Positions 43,795 to 53,638 of a stretch of DNA of 64,000 nucleotides are shown piece after piece. The DNA is from an uncultured Actinomycetes bacterium (lineage in GTDB: Bacteria; Actinomycetota; Thermoleophilia; Gaiellales; JAICJC01), in NCBI GenBank assembly GCA_963825325.1, contig CAWGSU010000006.1, positions 66,155-130,154 on the forward strand, in the 5' to 3' direction. Within the stretch, counting starts at the first letter, position 1. Every line of letters starts with the position of its first letter. The notes below the pieces were generated by a model. That model was given only the letters and a program-made list of their open reading frames with translations. It ran no database searches and was not told the origin of the DNA. Made by a program: the position numbers and the translations under genes.

Positions 43795-46700
43795 TCACAC
43801 CAACGCCGCGGCCCCGAGCAGGGCGCGCGCCTCGGCCAGGAAGTCGCCGTCGGGCTGCACGCGGAAGCCCGGTCCCAGGCGCAGCATCTTCGGCCCCGCC
43901 GAGGTATGCACCTCGAGCTCGACGGGCGCCTGGCCGGGGTACTCGCCGATCAGCGTCTTCAGCTCGTCCATCACCCCGGCGGCGACGACGCGGGCGTCGA
44001 CGCGCAGCCGCACGACCTCCTGATCGGGGACGGCCTCGAACGGCGTCACCTCGAGCGCGAGCAGCTGCACCTTGCCCGCGTCGCGGCGGTCGACGCGACC
44101 CTTCACGAGCACGATCGCGTCGGGGCGAAGCGTCGTCCGGCACAGCTCCCACGTGCTCGCGAACACGACCACCTCGGCGGTCGCGGTGATGTCGTCGAGC
44201 TCGGCCACCGCCATCTGGTCGCCCTTCTTCGTCAGCAGCTGGCGCAGGCCCGAAACGATGCCTCCCACCGTGATCACCTTGCCGTCGGCCATCTCGCCGA
44301 GCGCCCGCAGCGGCACGTCGACCTTGCGCGCAAGCTGGTCGCGCAGGGGCGCGAGCGGGTGGCTCGAGACGTACAGGCCGAGCACCTCCTTCTCGCGCCG
44401 TAGGAGCTCGTCGCGCGGCCACTCCTCGGCCGTGACCGGCGGGTGGCTGCGGGCGATCGGGCCGGAGCCGTTCGTGCCGTCGCCCTCGAGGTCGAAGATC
44501 GACCCCTGCCCGACCATCGCGTCGGCCTGGGTCTTCTGCCCGTTTGCCAGCGCGCGCTCGAGCACCTCGTTCATGCCGCAGCGGGAGGCGCCGGTGGAGT
44601 CGAGCGCCCCGCAGGCGATCAGGCTCTCGAGCATGCCCCGGTTCACGACCGACATGTCCACCCGCTCGCAGAAGTCCCAGATCGACTCGATCGGGCGCTC
44701 GTCGCGGGCCGTGATGATCGCGCGCACGGCCCCGTCGCCGACCCGCTTCACCGCCGACAGGCCGAAGCGGATGCGGCCGTCGACGACCGTGAAGTCCGAC
44801 CGGCTCGAGTTGACGTCCGGCGGCAGCACCTCGAGGCCCATGTCGGCGCACTCGGTGACGTAGTACGGCACGCGGTCCTTGGTGGACATGACCGACGAGA
44901 TCAGGGCCGCCATGTACTCGGCCGGATAGTTCGCGCGCAGGTAGGCGGTGCGATAGGCGATGAGCGCGTAGCAGGCAGCGTGGGCCTTGTTGAAGGCGTA
45001 GTCGGCGGCGACCTCGATCTTGGCCCACAGCGCCCGCCCGACCGCCTCGGAGGCGCCGTTGCCGGCGCAGCCCTGGATGAACTTCTCCTTCAGCGACGCC
45101 ATCAGGCTCGCGACCTTCTTGCCGATCGCCTTGCGCAGATCGTCGGCCTCGGCGGGCGAGAACCCGGCGACGGCCTTGGCGATCTCCATGAACTGCTCCT
45201 GGTAGATGCAGATGCCGTGCGTGCCCTCGAGCAGCGCGCGCAGGCGCTCGTCCTCGTACTTCACCCGCGACGGATCGGCCTTGTTCTTGGCGTAGTCGGG
45301 GATGAACTGCATCGGCCCGGGCCGGTAGAGGGCGTTGAGTGCGATCAGGTCCTCGAACTCGGTCGGCTTCACGAGCCGCAGCGCATCGCGCATGCCCGAC
45401 GACTCGAACTGGAACACGCCGGTGGCCTCGCCGCGCGCCATCATCTCGTACGTCTTCTTGTCGTCGAGCGGCAGCGCGTCCATGTCGAGGCGCACGCCCC
45501 GCGACTGCTCGATCACCTCGACCGCGCGGTCGATCACATCCAGGTTGCGCAGGCCGAGGAAGTCCATCTTGAGCAGGCCGAGGGCGTCGACGTCGTTCAT
45601 CGAGAACTGGGTGACGACCTCGGAGTCGACGCCCTTCTGCTGCAGCGGCAGGTACTCGGTCAGCGGCCGGTCGCCGATCACGACCGCGGCAGCGTGGATC
45701 GAGTCGTTGCGCACGACCCCCTCGAGCGGCAGCGCCATGTCGACGATCTTCTTGGTCATCTCGTCGGTGTCGTATGAGCGGCGCAGCTCGGCGCCGGGCT
45801 TCATGCAGGCGTCGAACGTGATCTTGGGCACCTCGGGGACGAGCTTGGCGATGCGGTCGACCACGCCGTAGGGGATGCCCATCACGCGGCCGGCGTCCTT
45901 GATCGCCGCCTTCGGCTGCATCTTGCCGAAGGTGATGATCTGGGCGACGTTGCGGCGGCCGTACTTCTCGGCGACGTAGTTGATCACGCGCTCGCGGCCG
46001 GCCACCGCGAAGTCGACATCGACGTCGGGCAGCGTCTTCCGGCCCGGGTTCAGGAAGCGCTCGAAGAGCAGCGAGTAGCGGATCGGGTCGAGGTCGGTGA
46101 TGTGCAGGCAGTAGGCGACGAGCGAGCCGGCCGCCGAGCCGCGCCCGGGCCCGACCGAGACTCCGTCGGAGCGGGCGAAGCGGATGAAGTCCCACACGAT
46201 CAGGAAGTAGTCGGGGAAGCCCATCTCCTCGATCGTGCGCAGCTCGAACTCGAGCCGCTGGCGCAGCTCGGGCGTCTCGGCCCCGTAGCGCTCCCGCAGG
46301 CCGGCCTCGGCCAGCTCGCGCAGGTAGGCCACCGCCGACTTGCCGTCCGGGACGGCGAACTTCGGCAGGTGCAGCACGTCAAGGTCGATGCGGGCGTCGC
46401 AGCGCTCGGCGATCTCGACGGTGCGCCGGAGCATGTCCTCGCCCCACGGCTGCGCCATCAGGTCGTACATCTCCTGCGGGCTCTTCAGATAGAAGCCGTG
46501 GTTCGAGAAGCGGAACCGGTTCGGGTTGTCGAGCGTGTCGTTGCGTCTGGATGCACAGCATCGCCTCGTGCGGGATCGCGTCGGCGGCCGTCAGGTAGTG
46601 GACGTCGCCCGTGCCGACGAGCGGCAGGCCGGCGTCGGTGGCGAGGGCGGCCAGGCGCGGGTTGATGCGCGTCTGGATGTCGATGCCGCCGTCCTGCAGC

Positions 46701-47221
46701 TCGACGTAGACCTGGTCGCGGCCGAAGATGTTGACCAGCGTGTCGATCTCGGTGCGGGCGAGCCGCTCGTCGCCCTCGACGAGCGCCTTGCACACCCGGC
46801 CCGACAGGCACCCCGACAGGGCGATGATGCCGTCGGAGTGCTCGGCGAGCTGGGCGAGGTCGACCCGCGGCCGGTACCAGTAGCCGTCGAGGTAGGCGGA
46901 CGAGACCAGGCGCACGAGGTTGTGGTAGCCGGCGGTGGTCTGGGCCAGGAGTGTCAGGTGCGAGCGGCGCTCCTTCTGCACCCGGGCGGCGTGGTCTTCG
47001 ACGACGTACATCTCGCAGCCGAGGATCGGCTTGATGCCGGCCTTCGCCGCCGCCCGCCAGAGCTCGACCGAGCCGGCCATCGAGCCGTGGTCGGTGAGGC
47101 CCACCGCGGGCATCCCCAGCTCGGCCGCGCGGTCGACCAGCGGGCCGATGCGGCACGCGCCGTCGAGGATCGAGTACTCGCTGTGGACGTGGAGGTGGAC
47201 GTACGGCGGGGACTCGGGCAC
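43795..47221 (-). CDS. dnaE: DNA polymerase III alpha subunit DnaE, interrupted by a single extra base near 46543 (segments about 46544..47221 and 43795..46542)
   Basis: The N-terminal PHP domain (YVHLHVHSEYSILDG...GLTDHGSM...HEAMLCIQT) is in ORF 46379..47221. The frame of ORF 43795..46470, read upstream of its first Met, gives NDTLDNPNRFRFSNHGFYLKSPQEMYDLM..., followed by the palm, fingers, HhH and OB domains. The span is 3427 nt, which is 3n+1. Confidence 0.9.
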
Positions 47222-47230
47222 GGGGTAGCC

Positions 47231-47236
47231 AGTCTA
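47231..47236 (-). promoter_or_regulatory. Putative -10 (TAGACT) 9 nt upstream of the dnaE GTG
   Basis: The minus-sense sequence is GGTAGACT-GGCTACCCC-GTG. Confidence 0.3.
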
Positions 47237-47368
47237 CCGAGCGGGGGCGACGGAGCCCGGCCGCGTGGGGAGATGCCCCGGACGCCCCGCACGCCACCCG
47301 AACGCGCCATCGCCGAATACCACGATTCGGTGACTGCAGGCCGCCCCGCCGGTGCCGATGATGCGGCC

Positions 47369-47533
47369 ATGAACCCGAACGACACCGCCATCGGCGAAAC
47401 GGCCAAGGTCGACGAGCGCTTCGTGGACGACTGGGTCCGGTTCGGGCTCTCCGAGCTCGAGTCGTACCTCGGCAAGCACGCGCGCTTCGACGCGTACTGC
47501 AGCCGCCGCGACGCCGGCTCGACCGAGCTCTAG
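47369..47533 (+). CDS. Small hypothetical protein (54 aa)
   Basis: The translation is MNPNDTAIGETAKVDERFVDDWVRFGLSELESYLGKHARFDAYCSRRDAGSTEL. Nearly every third codon position is G/C. It lies in the otherwise empty 308-nt gap between ispG and dnaE. I recognise no family, and the start could be further upstream. Confidence 0.5.
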   Translation: MNPNDTAIGETAKVDERFVDDWVRFGLSELESYLGKHARFDAYCSRRDAGSTEL

Positions 47534-48660
47534 ACCGGCTCCCCCACCCCGGCCGCCTGCACCACGGGCAGCGAGAGCTTGCGCGTCTTGCGCTGGGGCC
47601 GCACCATGCCCGCCGCGATCCAGGCATCGATCTCGGTGAACAGCTCCTCCACGAGCGCGCTCTGGGTGACCTTCCGCAGCACCTCGCCGTGCGCGTAGAT
47701 GAAGCCGGCGTCGCGGCCGCCGGCGATGCCGAAGTCGGCGTCGCCCGCCTCGCCGGGGCCGTTCACCGCGCAGCCCATCACGGCCACCTCGAACACCTCG
47801 GCGTACGTGGCGAGGCGCGCCTCGACCTTCTCCGCCAGGTCGAGCACGTCGACGTTCGTGCGCCCGCACGATGGGCAGGCGATCATCACCGGGCCCTTGT
47901 GGCGCAAGCCGAGCACGCGCAGGATCTCCCATGCGACCTTGACCTCCTCGACCGGGTCGGCGGTGAGCGACACCCGCATCGTGTCGCCGATGCCGTCGAC
48001 GAGCAGCGAGCCCAGCCCGATGGCGCTCTTGACGGTGCCGGTGAACGCCGGCCCGGCCTCGGTCACGCCCAGGTGCAGCGGATACGGCACCTGCTCGGAC
48101 AGACGCCGATAGGCCTGGATCATCACGGGCACGGACGAGCTCTTGACCGAGATCTTGAACTCGCGGTAGTCGAGCCGCTCGAGCAGCCGCACCTCCTCGA
48201 GGGCGGCCTCGACGAGCGCCCCGGCCGGGTCGTTCGTCGCGAACTGGCGCAGGTGATCGGGCAGCGACCCGGAGTTGGCGCCGATGCGCATCGCGATCCC
48301 GGCCGCCTTCGCCCGTCCGACGACCTGCTCGACCTTGTCGGGGCCGCCGATGTTGCCCGGGTTGATGCGCACCGCGGCCACGCCCGCGTCGATCGCGCGC
48401 AGCGCCAGCGAGGCGTTGAAGTGGATGTCGGCGATCACCGGCAGCGGCGAGCCGGCGACGATCGCCGGCAGCGCGTCGGCGTCGGCGCGGCCGGGCACCG
48501 CGACGCGGGCGAGCTCGCAGCCGGCATCGGCCAGGCGCTGGATCTGGCCGAGCGTCGCGGGCACGTCATGCGTCTCGGTCAGCGTCATCGACTGCACGAC
48601 GACCGGAGAACCGCCGCCGATCGGCACTCCTCCGACCCTGATCCGCACCTTGGACGCCAT
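47530..48660 (-). CDS. ispG: 4-hydroxy-3-methylbut-2-en-1-yl diphosphate synthase (flavodoxin)
   Basis: The 376-aa product has VVVQSMT...ELARVAVP...INPGNIG...ACPSCGR...GCAVNGPGE. Confidence 0.96.
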   Translation of the reverse strand: MASKVRIRVGGVPIGGGSPVVVQSMTLTETHDVPATLGQIQRLADAGCELARVAVPGRADADALPAIVAGSPLPVIADIHFNASLALRAIDAGVAAVRINPGNIGGPDKVEQVVGRAKAAGIAMRIGANSGSLPDHLRQFATNDPAGALVEAALEEVRLLERLDYREFKISVKSSSVPVMIQAYRRLSEQVPYPLHLGVTEAGPAFTGTVKSAIGLGSLLVDGIGDTMRVSLTADPVEEVKVAWEILRVLGLRHKGPVMIACPSCGRTNVDVLDLAEKVEARLATYAEVFEVAVMGCAVNGPGEAGDADFGIAGGRDAGFIYAHGEVLRKVTQSALVEELFTEIDAWIAAGMVRPQRKTRKLSLPVVQAAGVGEPV

Positions 48661-48668
48661 GGGCAGTC

Positions 48669-48674
48669 AGGATA
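48669..48674 (-). promoter_or_regulatory. Putative -10 (TATCCT) 8 nt upstream of the ispG ATG
   Basis: The minus-sense sequence is GGTATCCT-GACTGCCC-ATG. Confidence 0.3.
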
Positions 48675-48700
48675 CCCCGCTGGTGAGGCCGGGAGCTCAG

Positions 48701-49957
48701 CTAGTGCGGCTGGGAGTTCAGGATGCTCGAGAGGTCGTTCTGGAGGCCGACGACGAAGAGCAGCGCCATCAGCATGATCCCGAGCACCGACACGCGCTCG
48801 AACACCGCGCGCGAGACCATCTTGCCGCGGATCCGCTCGAGGGCGATCATCAGCACGTGCCCGCCGTCCAGGGGCAGGAACGGCAACATGTTGAAGATCG
48901 CGAGCGACAGCGAGATGAACGCGAGCAGGACGAGGTAATCGGTCGCGCCCGCCTGCTCGGCCTGGGCCGAGACGCGCACGATCCCGACCGTCGAGTGCAG
49001 CTGCGAGCGCCCGGCCGGTGTAACCACATCGCCGAGCGCGCGCACCGTCCCGGCCGTGAGCGACCACATCTCCTGCGCGGCGAACGTCGGCGCGTGCACG
49101 ACCGAGTACGGCCGGCTCGTCGTGCCGAACTGGAAGCCGAGCCGGTAGGCGCCGTCGATCACCTCGCTCTTCTGCGTCTGCAGCCGCAGGCGGTGGCCGT
49201 CGCGAACGACGACCAGGGCGACCGGCCCGCCCTTGCTGTCTGCGATCGCGGTGCGGATGCCGTTCACGCCCGAGTGGTGGCCGTTCACGGCCACGACGCG
49301 ATCGCCGGCGCGCAGGCCGGTCGCGGCGGCGGGCGACTTGGTGAGCACGCTCTGGACGACCGGGACGGCCACCGGCAGCCCGTACAGCGCGACCGCCGAG
49401 AGGATGGCGAAGCAGGCGATCACGTTGGCGAGCGGGCCGGCCGTGATCACGATCAGCCGGCGCGAGCGCGAGCAGCGCCAGTACGCGCCCGGGTCGAGGT
49501 TCTGGTCGAGCCGCTCGAGGCTGCGGCGGGCGCGCCGCAGCTGCGCCTCCGTCAGCGACGGCGCGACGGCCTCGATCTCGGCCCCCAGCCGGCCGGCCGC
49601 CGCACGGGCGTCGTCGTAGCGGCCCTGGTCGAGGCAGCGCTCGACATCGGCCAGCTCGGCCGCGAGCCGCAGCGCCGCACCCTCGTCGACCTCCCGCGCG
49701 TGCTCGAGCACGTCCTCGACATCGAAGAGATCGCCCGCCTCGGGCCGCAGCATGCCCGGGATCTTCACGAAGCCGCCGAGCGGGATCGCGCCGATGCCGT
49801 ACTCGGTGCCGCGCCAGGTGCGCTTGACGACCGCGGGCGGGAAGCCGAGGTAGAAGCGCAGCGCGCGCATTCCGGTCGCCTTGGCCGCGGTGAAGTGGCC
49901 GAGCTCGTGGATGGCGATCAGCAGCAGCAGTCCGAAGATGGCGACGGCGAAGCTCAT
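48701..49957 (-). CDS. rseP: RIP metalloprotease RseP (site-2 protease, M50 family, with PDZ domain)
   Basis: The 418-aa product starts at ATG 49957. It has the HELGH zinc motif in IAIHELGHFTAAK, a PDZ region (GLRAGDRVVAVNG) and the NMLPFLPLDGGH motif. Confidence 0.9.
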   Translation of the reverse strand: MSFAVAIFGLLLLIAIHELGHFTAAKATGMRALRFYLGFPPAVVKRTWRGTEYGIGAIPLGGFVKIPGMLRPEAGDLFDVEDVLEHAREVDEGAALRLAAELADVERCLDQGRYDDARAAAGRLGAEIEAVAPSLTEAQLRRARRSLERLDQNLDPGAYWRCSRSRRLIVITAGPLANVIACFAILSAVALYGLPVAVPVVQSVLTKSPAAATGLRAGDRVVAVNGHHSGVNGIRTAIADSKGGPVALVVVRDGHRLRLQTQKSEVIDGAYRLGFQFGTTSRPYSVVHAPTFAAQEMWSLTAGTVRALGDVVTPAGRSQLHSTVGIVRVSAQAEQAGATDYLVLLAFISLSLAIFNMLPFLPLDGGHVLMIALERIRGKMVSRAVFERVSVLGIMLMALLFVVGLQNDLSSILNSQPH

Positions 49958-51099
49958 GCCGCCGTCCGCATCGCGTCGGTGACCGCCTCGCGTGCGCGCC
50001 GGTCGGCGTCGAGCACCTGCTCGAGCGACTCGAGCGGCTCGGCCGGGACGCGCTCGAGGGCGTGCTCCACCAGGTCGGCGATGTCGGGGAAGCCCACCGT
50101 GCCGGCCAGGAAGGCGCCCACCGCGACCTCGTTCGCGGCGTTCAGGACGCACGGCGCCGTGCCGCCCTCGCGGCCCGCCAGGCGGGCGAGCGCGAGGCAG
50201 CGGAACACCTCCACGTCGGGCGGCTCGAAGTCCAGGCGCAGCGGCCGGGACAGGTCGAGCGTCGGCACCGGCGTCGCCGAGCGCTGCGGGTAGGTGAGCG
50301 CCCACGAGATCGGCACGCGCATGTCCGGATGGCCGACGTGGGCGATCAGCGCGCCGTCGCGGAACCGCGCCATCCCGTGGACGATCGACTGCGGATGCAC
50401 CACGACCTCGATGTCGTCGTAGGCGATGCCGAACAGGTGGTGTGCCTCGATCACCTCGAGGCCCTTGTTCATCAGCGTGGCCGAGTCGATGGTGATCTTC
50501 GCGCCCATGCTCCAGGTCGGATGCGCGAGCGCGTCGGCCACGGTGACCTCGCCGAGCGCCTCCGCCGAGCGACCCCGGAACGGCCCGCCCGAGGCCGTGA
50601 CGACGATGCCGGTGACGGCTCCCTCGGCCGCGCCCTCGAGGCACTGGGCGAGCGCGGAGTGCTCGCTGTCGACCGGGAGCAGGCGCCGGCCGCTGAGCGC
50701 ATGTGCCGCGGTGACGAGCTCGCCGCCCGCGACGAGGCTCTCCTTGTTCGCGAGCGCCAGGTCGGCGCCGGCCGCGAAGGTGGCAAGCGTCGCACGCAGC
50801 CCGGCGGCGCCGACGATCGCGTTCAGGACGATGTCCGCACCGCAGTCCGCGACGAGCCGCTCGACTCCCTCGGCCCCCTCGAGCACCTGGCCGGCGAACG
50901 CGCTTCGGGCGGCGGCCGCAGCGGCCGCGTCGACGAGCGCGATGCGGCCGACCCCGTGACGCACGGCGGCCGCGACCAGGCCGGCGTGGTCGGAGTGGGC
51001 CGCCAGGGCGCACGCCTCGAGCTCGGGGTGGGCCCCGACGATCTCGAGCGCCTGCGTTCCGATCGAGCCGGTCGCGCCCAGGACGGCCACGGATCTCAT
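49954..51099 (-). CDS. dxr: 1-deoxy-D-xylulose 5-phosphate reductoisomerase
   Basis: The 381-aa product has VAVLGATGSIGTQAL...LANKESLV...DSEHSA...HPTWSMG. Confidence 0.96.
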   Translation of the reverse strand: MRSVAVLGATGSIGTQALEIVGAHPELEACALAAHSDHAGLVAAAVRHGVGRIALVDAAAAAAARSAFAGQVLEGAEGVERLVADCGADIVLNAIVGAAGLRATLATFAAGADLALANKESLVAGGELVTAAHALSGRRLLPVDSEHSALAQCLEGAAEGAVTGIVVTASGGPFRGRSAEALGEVTVADALAHPTWSMGAKITIDSATLMNKGLEVIEAHHLFGIAYDDIEVVVHPQSIVHGMARFRDGALIAHVGHPDMRVPISWALTYPQRSATPVPTLDLSRPLRLDFEPPDVEVFRCLALARLAGREGGTAPCVLNAANEVAVGAFLAGTVGFPDIADLVEHALERVPAEPLESLEQVLDADRRAREAVTDAMRTAA

Positions 51100-51105
51100 C
51101 GCCTC

Positions 51106-51111
51106 AGTGTA
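51106..51111 (-). promoter_or_regulatory. Putative -10 (TACACT) 6 nt upstream of the dxr ATG
   Basis: The minus-sense sequence is TACACT-GAGGCG-ATG. Confidence 0.35.
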
Positions 51112-51132
51112 GGCGGCGAGGCTAAACGGTCG

Positions 51133-51468
51133 CTAAGTGCCGAGCGCCGTCACGCTGCGGGGCAGATCGGCGCGGTGCTCGATCGGCCGCCGCCAGATCA
51201 CATGCCCGCTGCGGACATCGACCACGTAGGCGCGGCCCTCGTCCACGCCGGAGTCGGGCCCGGCCACAAACCCGACCGCCATGTAGCGCTGGCGCACGTC
51301 GCCCTCGAGTGGGCCGCCGAACCAGGCCGGCGTGGATCCCGCGAGCTGCGGATCGTGCGCCTTCACCACCGCGATCGCGGCCGCGAGGCGGTCGTCGTCC
51401 ATGCCCTTCTGGACACGGCCGAACGGGTTCAGGAGCTTCATCGGGCGCCGCTTGCGGCGTGCCGTCAT
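51133..51468 (-). CDS. Hypothetical protein (111 aa)
   Basis: The ORF has high GC3 and fits exactly between cdsA and dxr. I recognise no family. Confidence 0.55.
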   Translation of the reverse strand: MTARRKRRPMKLLNPFGRVQKGMDDDRLAAAIAVVKAHDPQLAGSTPAWFGGPLEGDVRQRYMAVGFVAGPDSGVDEGRAYVVDVRSGHVIWRRPIEHRADLPRSVTALGT

Positions 51469-51474
51469 CGCCGA

Positions 51475-51480
51475 ATCCTA
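51475..51480 (-). promoter_or_regulatory. Putative -10 (TAGGAT) 6 nt upstream of the 51468 ATG
   Basis: The minus-sense sequence is GTAGGAT-TCGGCG-ATG. Confidence 0.35.
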
Positions 51481-51484
51481 CGTC

Positions 51485-52300
51485 CTACGCGCGGCCGATC
51501 GCGAGGGCGACGAAGTAGGTCGCAGGCGCGGCCCAGAGCAGCGCGTCCACCCGGTCGAGCATCCCGCCGTGGGCGCCGAGCAGGCTGCCGGAGTCCTTCA
51601 CCCCCGCGTCGCGCTTGAGATAGGACTCGAACAGGTCGCCCGCCGGTGCCGCCACCGCCACGGCCAACCCTAACTCGAGCGCGTGCAGCGGCGCGAGCGG
51701 GTCGGAGTGCGGCTGGTGGTAGAGGGTGAAGAACACGATCGCGACCCCGGCGATCACACCGGCGATCAGGCCCTCGACGGTCTTGTTGGGCGAGATCTGC
51801 TCGGCCAGCTTGCGCCGCCCGAGCAGCCGCCCCGCCCCGTAGGCCGCGATGTCGGAGCCCCACACGCCGAGCAGCACCGCGAGCAGGAGCTCGCGGCCCC
51901 AGCCCGACGGCGCGGGGACGTCGCGGATGGCGACCAGGAACCCGAACCCAAGCCCGATCCAGACCACGCCGAAGGTCGTCACCGACAGCTGCACCGCCGC
52001 GCTCTGGCGCACCTCGGCCACGGCCGACAGCCAGAACGCGGCCACCAGGGTGAGCGCAAGCGGCGCGGTCGCCCATGCGATGCCGCCCTCATGCACCGCG
52101 AGCACCACGCCGGCGGCGCCGGCCAGGCCGACAGGCGTGAGCGGGCGCAGGTTACGGGTGAGGCCCGAGAACTCGTGCGACGCGATCACCGCCGCCACAG
52201 CCGCCGGGATGGCCACGAACCAGCCGCCGCGCAGCGCCGCGTACACGGTGATGGCCGCCAGCGGAACCGCCAGCACGGCCCGCGAGATGAGCTGGTTCAC
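51485..52300 (-). CDS. cdsA: Phosphatidate cytidylyltransferase
   Basis: The 271-aa polytopic membrane protein starts at GTG 52300. It has the signature SYLKRDAGVKDSGSLLGAHGGMLDRVD. Confidence 0.9.
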   Translation of the reverse strand: MNQLISRAVLAVPLAAITVYAALRGGWFVAIPAAVAAVIASHEFSGLTRNLRPLTPVGLAGAAGVVLAVHEGGIAWATAPLALTLVAAFWLSAVAEVRQSAAVQLSVTTFGVVWIGLGFGFLVAIRDVPAPSGWGRELLLAVLLGVWGSDIAAYGAGRLLGRRKLAEQISPNKTVEGLIAGVIAGVAIVFFTLYHQPHSDPLAPLHALELGLAVAVAAPAGDLFESYLKRDAGVKDSGSLLGAHGGMLDRVDALLWAAPATYFVALAIGRA

Positions 52301-53067
52301 CGGCGCCCGAACCTGCGCTGGCGGCCGGCGTAGGCGCGCAGGGCCTCCTCGAGCTGCGCGCCGCCGAAGTCGGGCCAGAGCGTGGTCTGGAACTCGAACT
52401 CCGCGTATGCCGACTGCCACAGCAGGAAGTTCGACATCCGCATCTCGCCACTTGTACGGATCACGAGGTCGGGGTCGGGCATCTCGGGCTCGTACAGGTG
52501 CTCTCGCAGCCGCTCCTCATCGACGTCGGCAGGGTCGACGCCCTCGGCGATGAGCGCGCGCACGGCGTGCAGGATCTCGGCGCGCGACCCGTAGTCGAAT
52601 GCCACCCACAGGTCGAGGCGGGTGTTCGCGGCCGTGCGCGCCTCCATGTCGTCCATCAGCCGCCGCAGCGACTCCGGGCACCGGTCGCGGCGGCCGACGA
52701 AGCGCACCCGCACGCCCTGGCGGTGCAGATCGGGGAACTCGCGCTCGATCGTCTCGGAAAAGAGGGTCATCAGGTCGTCGACCTCACGCTCGGGGCGGCC
52801 CCAGTTCTCGGTCGAGAAGGCGTACACCGCGAGGCTGCGCACGCCCAGGTCGGGGGCCGCCTCGACGGTGCGCCGGAGCGCCTTGGTGCCGGCGCGGTGG
52901 CCGGCCAGCGGCGGCAGGCTGCGCTTCGCCGCCCAGCGGCCGTTGCCGTCCATGATGATCGCGACGTTGCGCGCCGTCGCCGCGGCGGGCGGCTCGGGCA
53001 CGGCGCCGGCCCGGCGCAGCCGGCCCATGCTCCGGAGGAGCCGTATCTGCTTGCGCACGACGGTCAT
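52297..53067 (-). CDS. uppS: Isoprenyl transferase (undecaprenyl diphosphate synthase family)
   Basis: It has VAIIMDGNGRWA...YAFSTENW...IRTSGEMRMSNFLLWQSAYAEF. I chose ATG 53067 (Met21) so that it does not overlap frr. Confidence 0.92.
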   Translation of the reverse strand: MTVVRKQIRLLRSMGRLRRAGAVPEPPAAATARNVAIIMDGNGRWAAKRSLPPLAGHRAGTKALRRTVEAAPDLGVRSLAVYAFSTENWGRPEREVDDLMTLFSETIEREFPDLHRQGVRVRFVGRRDRCPESLRRLMDDMEARTAANTRLDLWVAFDYGSRAEILHAVRALIAEGVDPADVDEERLREHLYEPEMPDPDLVIRTSGEMRMSNFLLWQSAYAEFEFQTTLWPDFGGAQLEEALRAYAGRQRRFGRR

Positions 53068-53080
53068 CCGCCCGGGCGGG

Positions 53081-53638
53081 TCAGACTTCCATGATCTCGG
53101 CCTCTTTGGCCTTGAGGGCGGCGTCAATGTGGCTGACGCGCTCGTCGGTGAGCTTCTGGAGCCGGTCCTCGGCCCGGTGCACGTCGTCGGAGCCGGTGTC
53201 GCCGTTCTTCTCGAGCTCCTTCAGCCGGTGGATGGCGTCGCGGCGCACGTTGCGGGTGGCCACGCGCCCCTCCTCGGCCATGTGCCGCACCTGCTTCACG
53301 AGGTCCTTGCGCCGCTCCTCGGTGAGCTGCGGGATCGGCAGCCGGATCAGCTGACCGTCGTTGGCCGGCGTCAGGCCCAGGTCGGACTCGAGGATGCCGC
53401 GCTCGATCTCCTTGATCGTGCTCTTGTCGAACGGCGCGATCGTGAGCAGACGCGGCTCGGGCACGCCGATCGTGGCCAGCTGGTTCACCGGCATCTTCGT
53501 GCCGTAGGCGTTCACCTGGACGCGATCGAGCAGCGCCGCCGAGGCCCGGCCGGTGCGCACGCTCGTGAACTCGTGGCGGGCGTTCTCGACGCTCTTGTCC
53601 ATCCTGCGGACCGCATCCTTGAGCACGTCTTCGATCAT
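53081..53638 (-). CDS. frr: Ribosome recycling factor
   Basis: The 185-aa product starts at ATG 53638 ([33 protein letters not shown]...[19 protein letters not shown]). Confidence 0.96.
   Translation of the reverse strand: MIEDVLKDAVRRMDKSVENARHEFTSVRTGRASAALLDRVQVNAYGTKMPVNQLATIGVPEPRLLTIAPFDKSTIKEIERGILESDLGLTPANDGQLIRLPIPQLTEERRKDLVKQVRHMAEEGRVATRNVRRDAIHRLKELEKNGDTGSDDVHRAEDRLQKLTDERVSHIDAALKAKEAEIMEV

Noticed and set aside
46530-46555. Programmed +1 ribosomal frameshifting as the explanation for the dnaE break, and likewise for ribD and the ligase-like gene.
   Set aside because: I see no slippery P-site codon that re-pairs in the +1 frame, no in-frame stop or rare codon at the shift point, and no upstream SD-like stimulator as in prfB. 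The three sites share no common sequence. An insertion error or a true mutation is more parsimonious.
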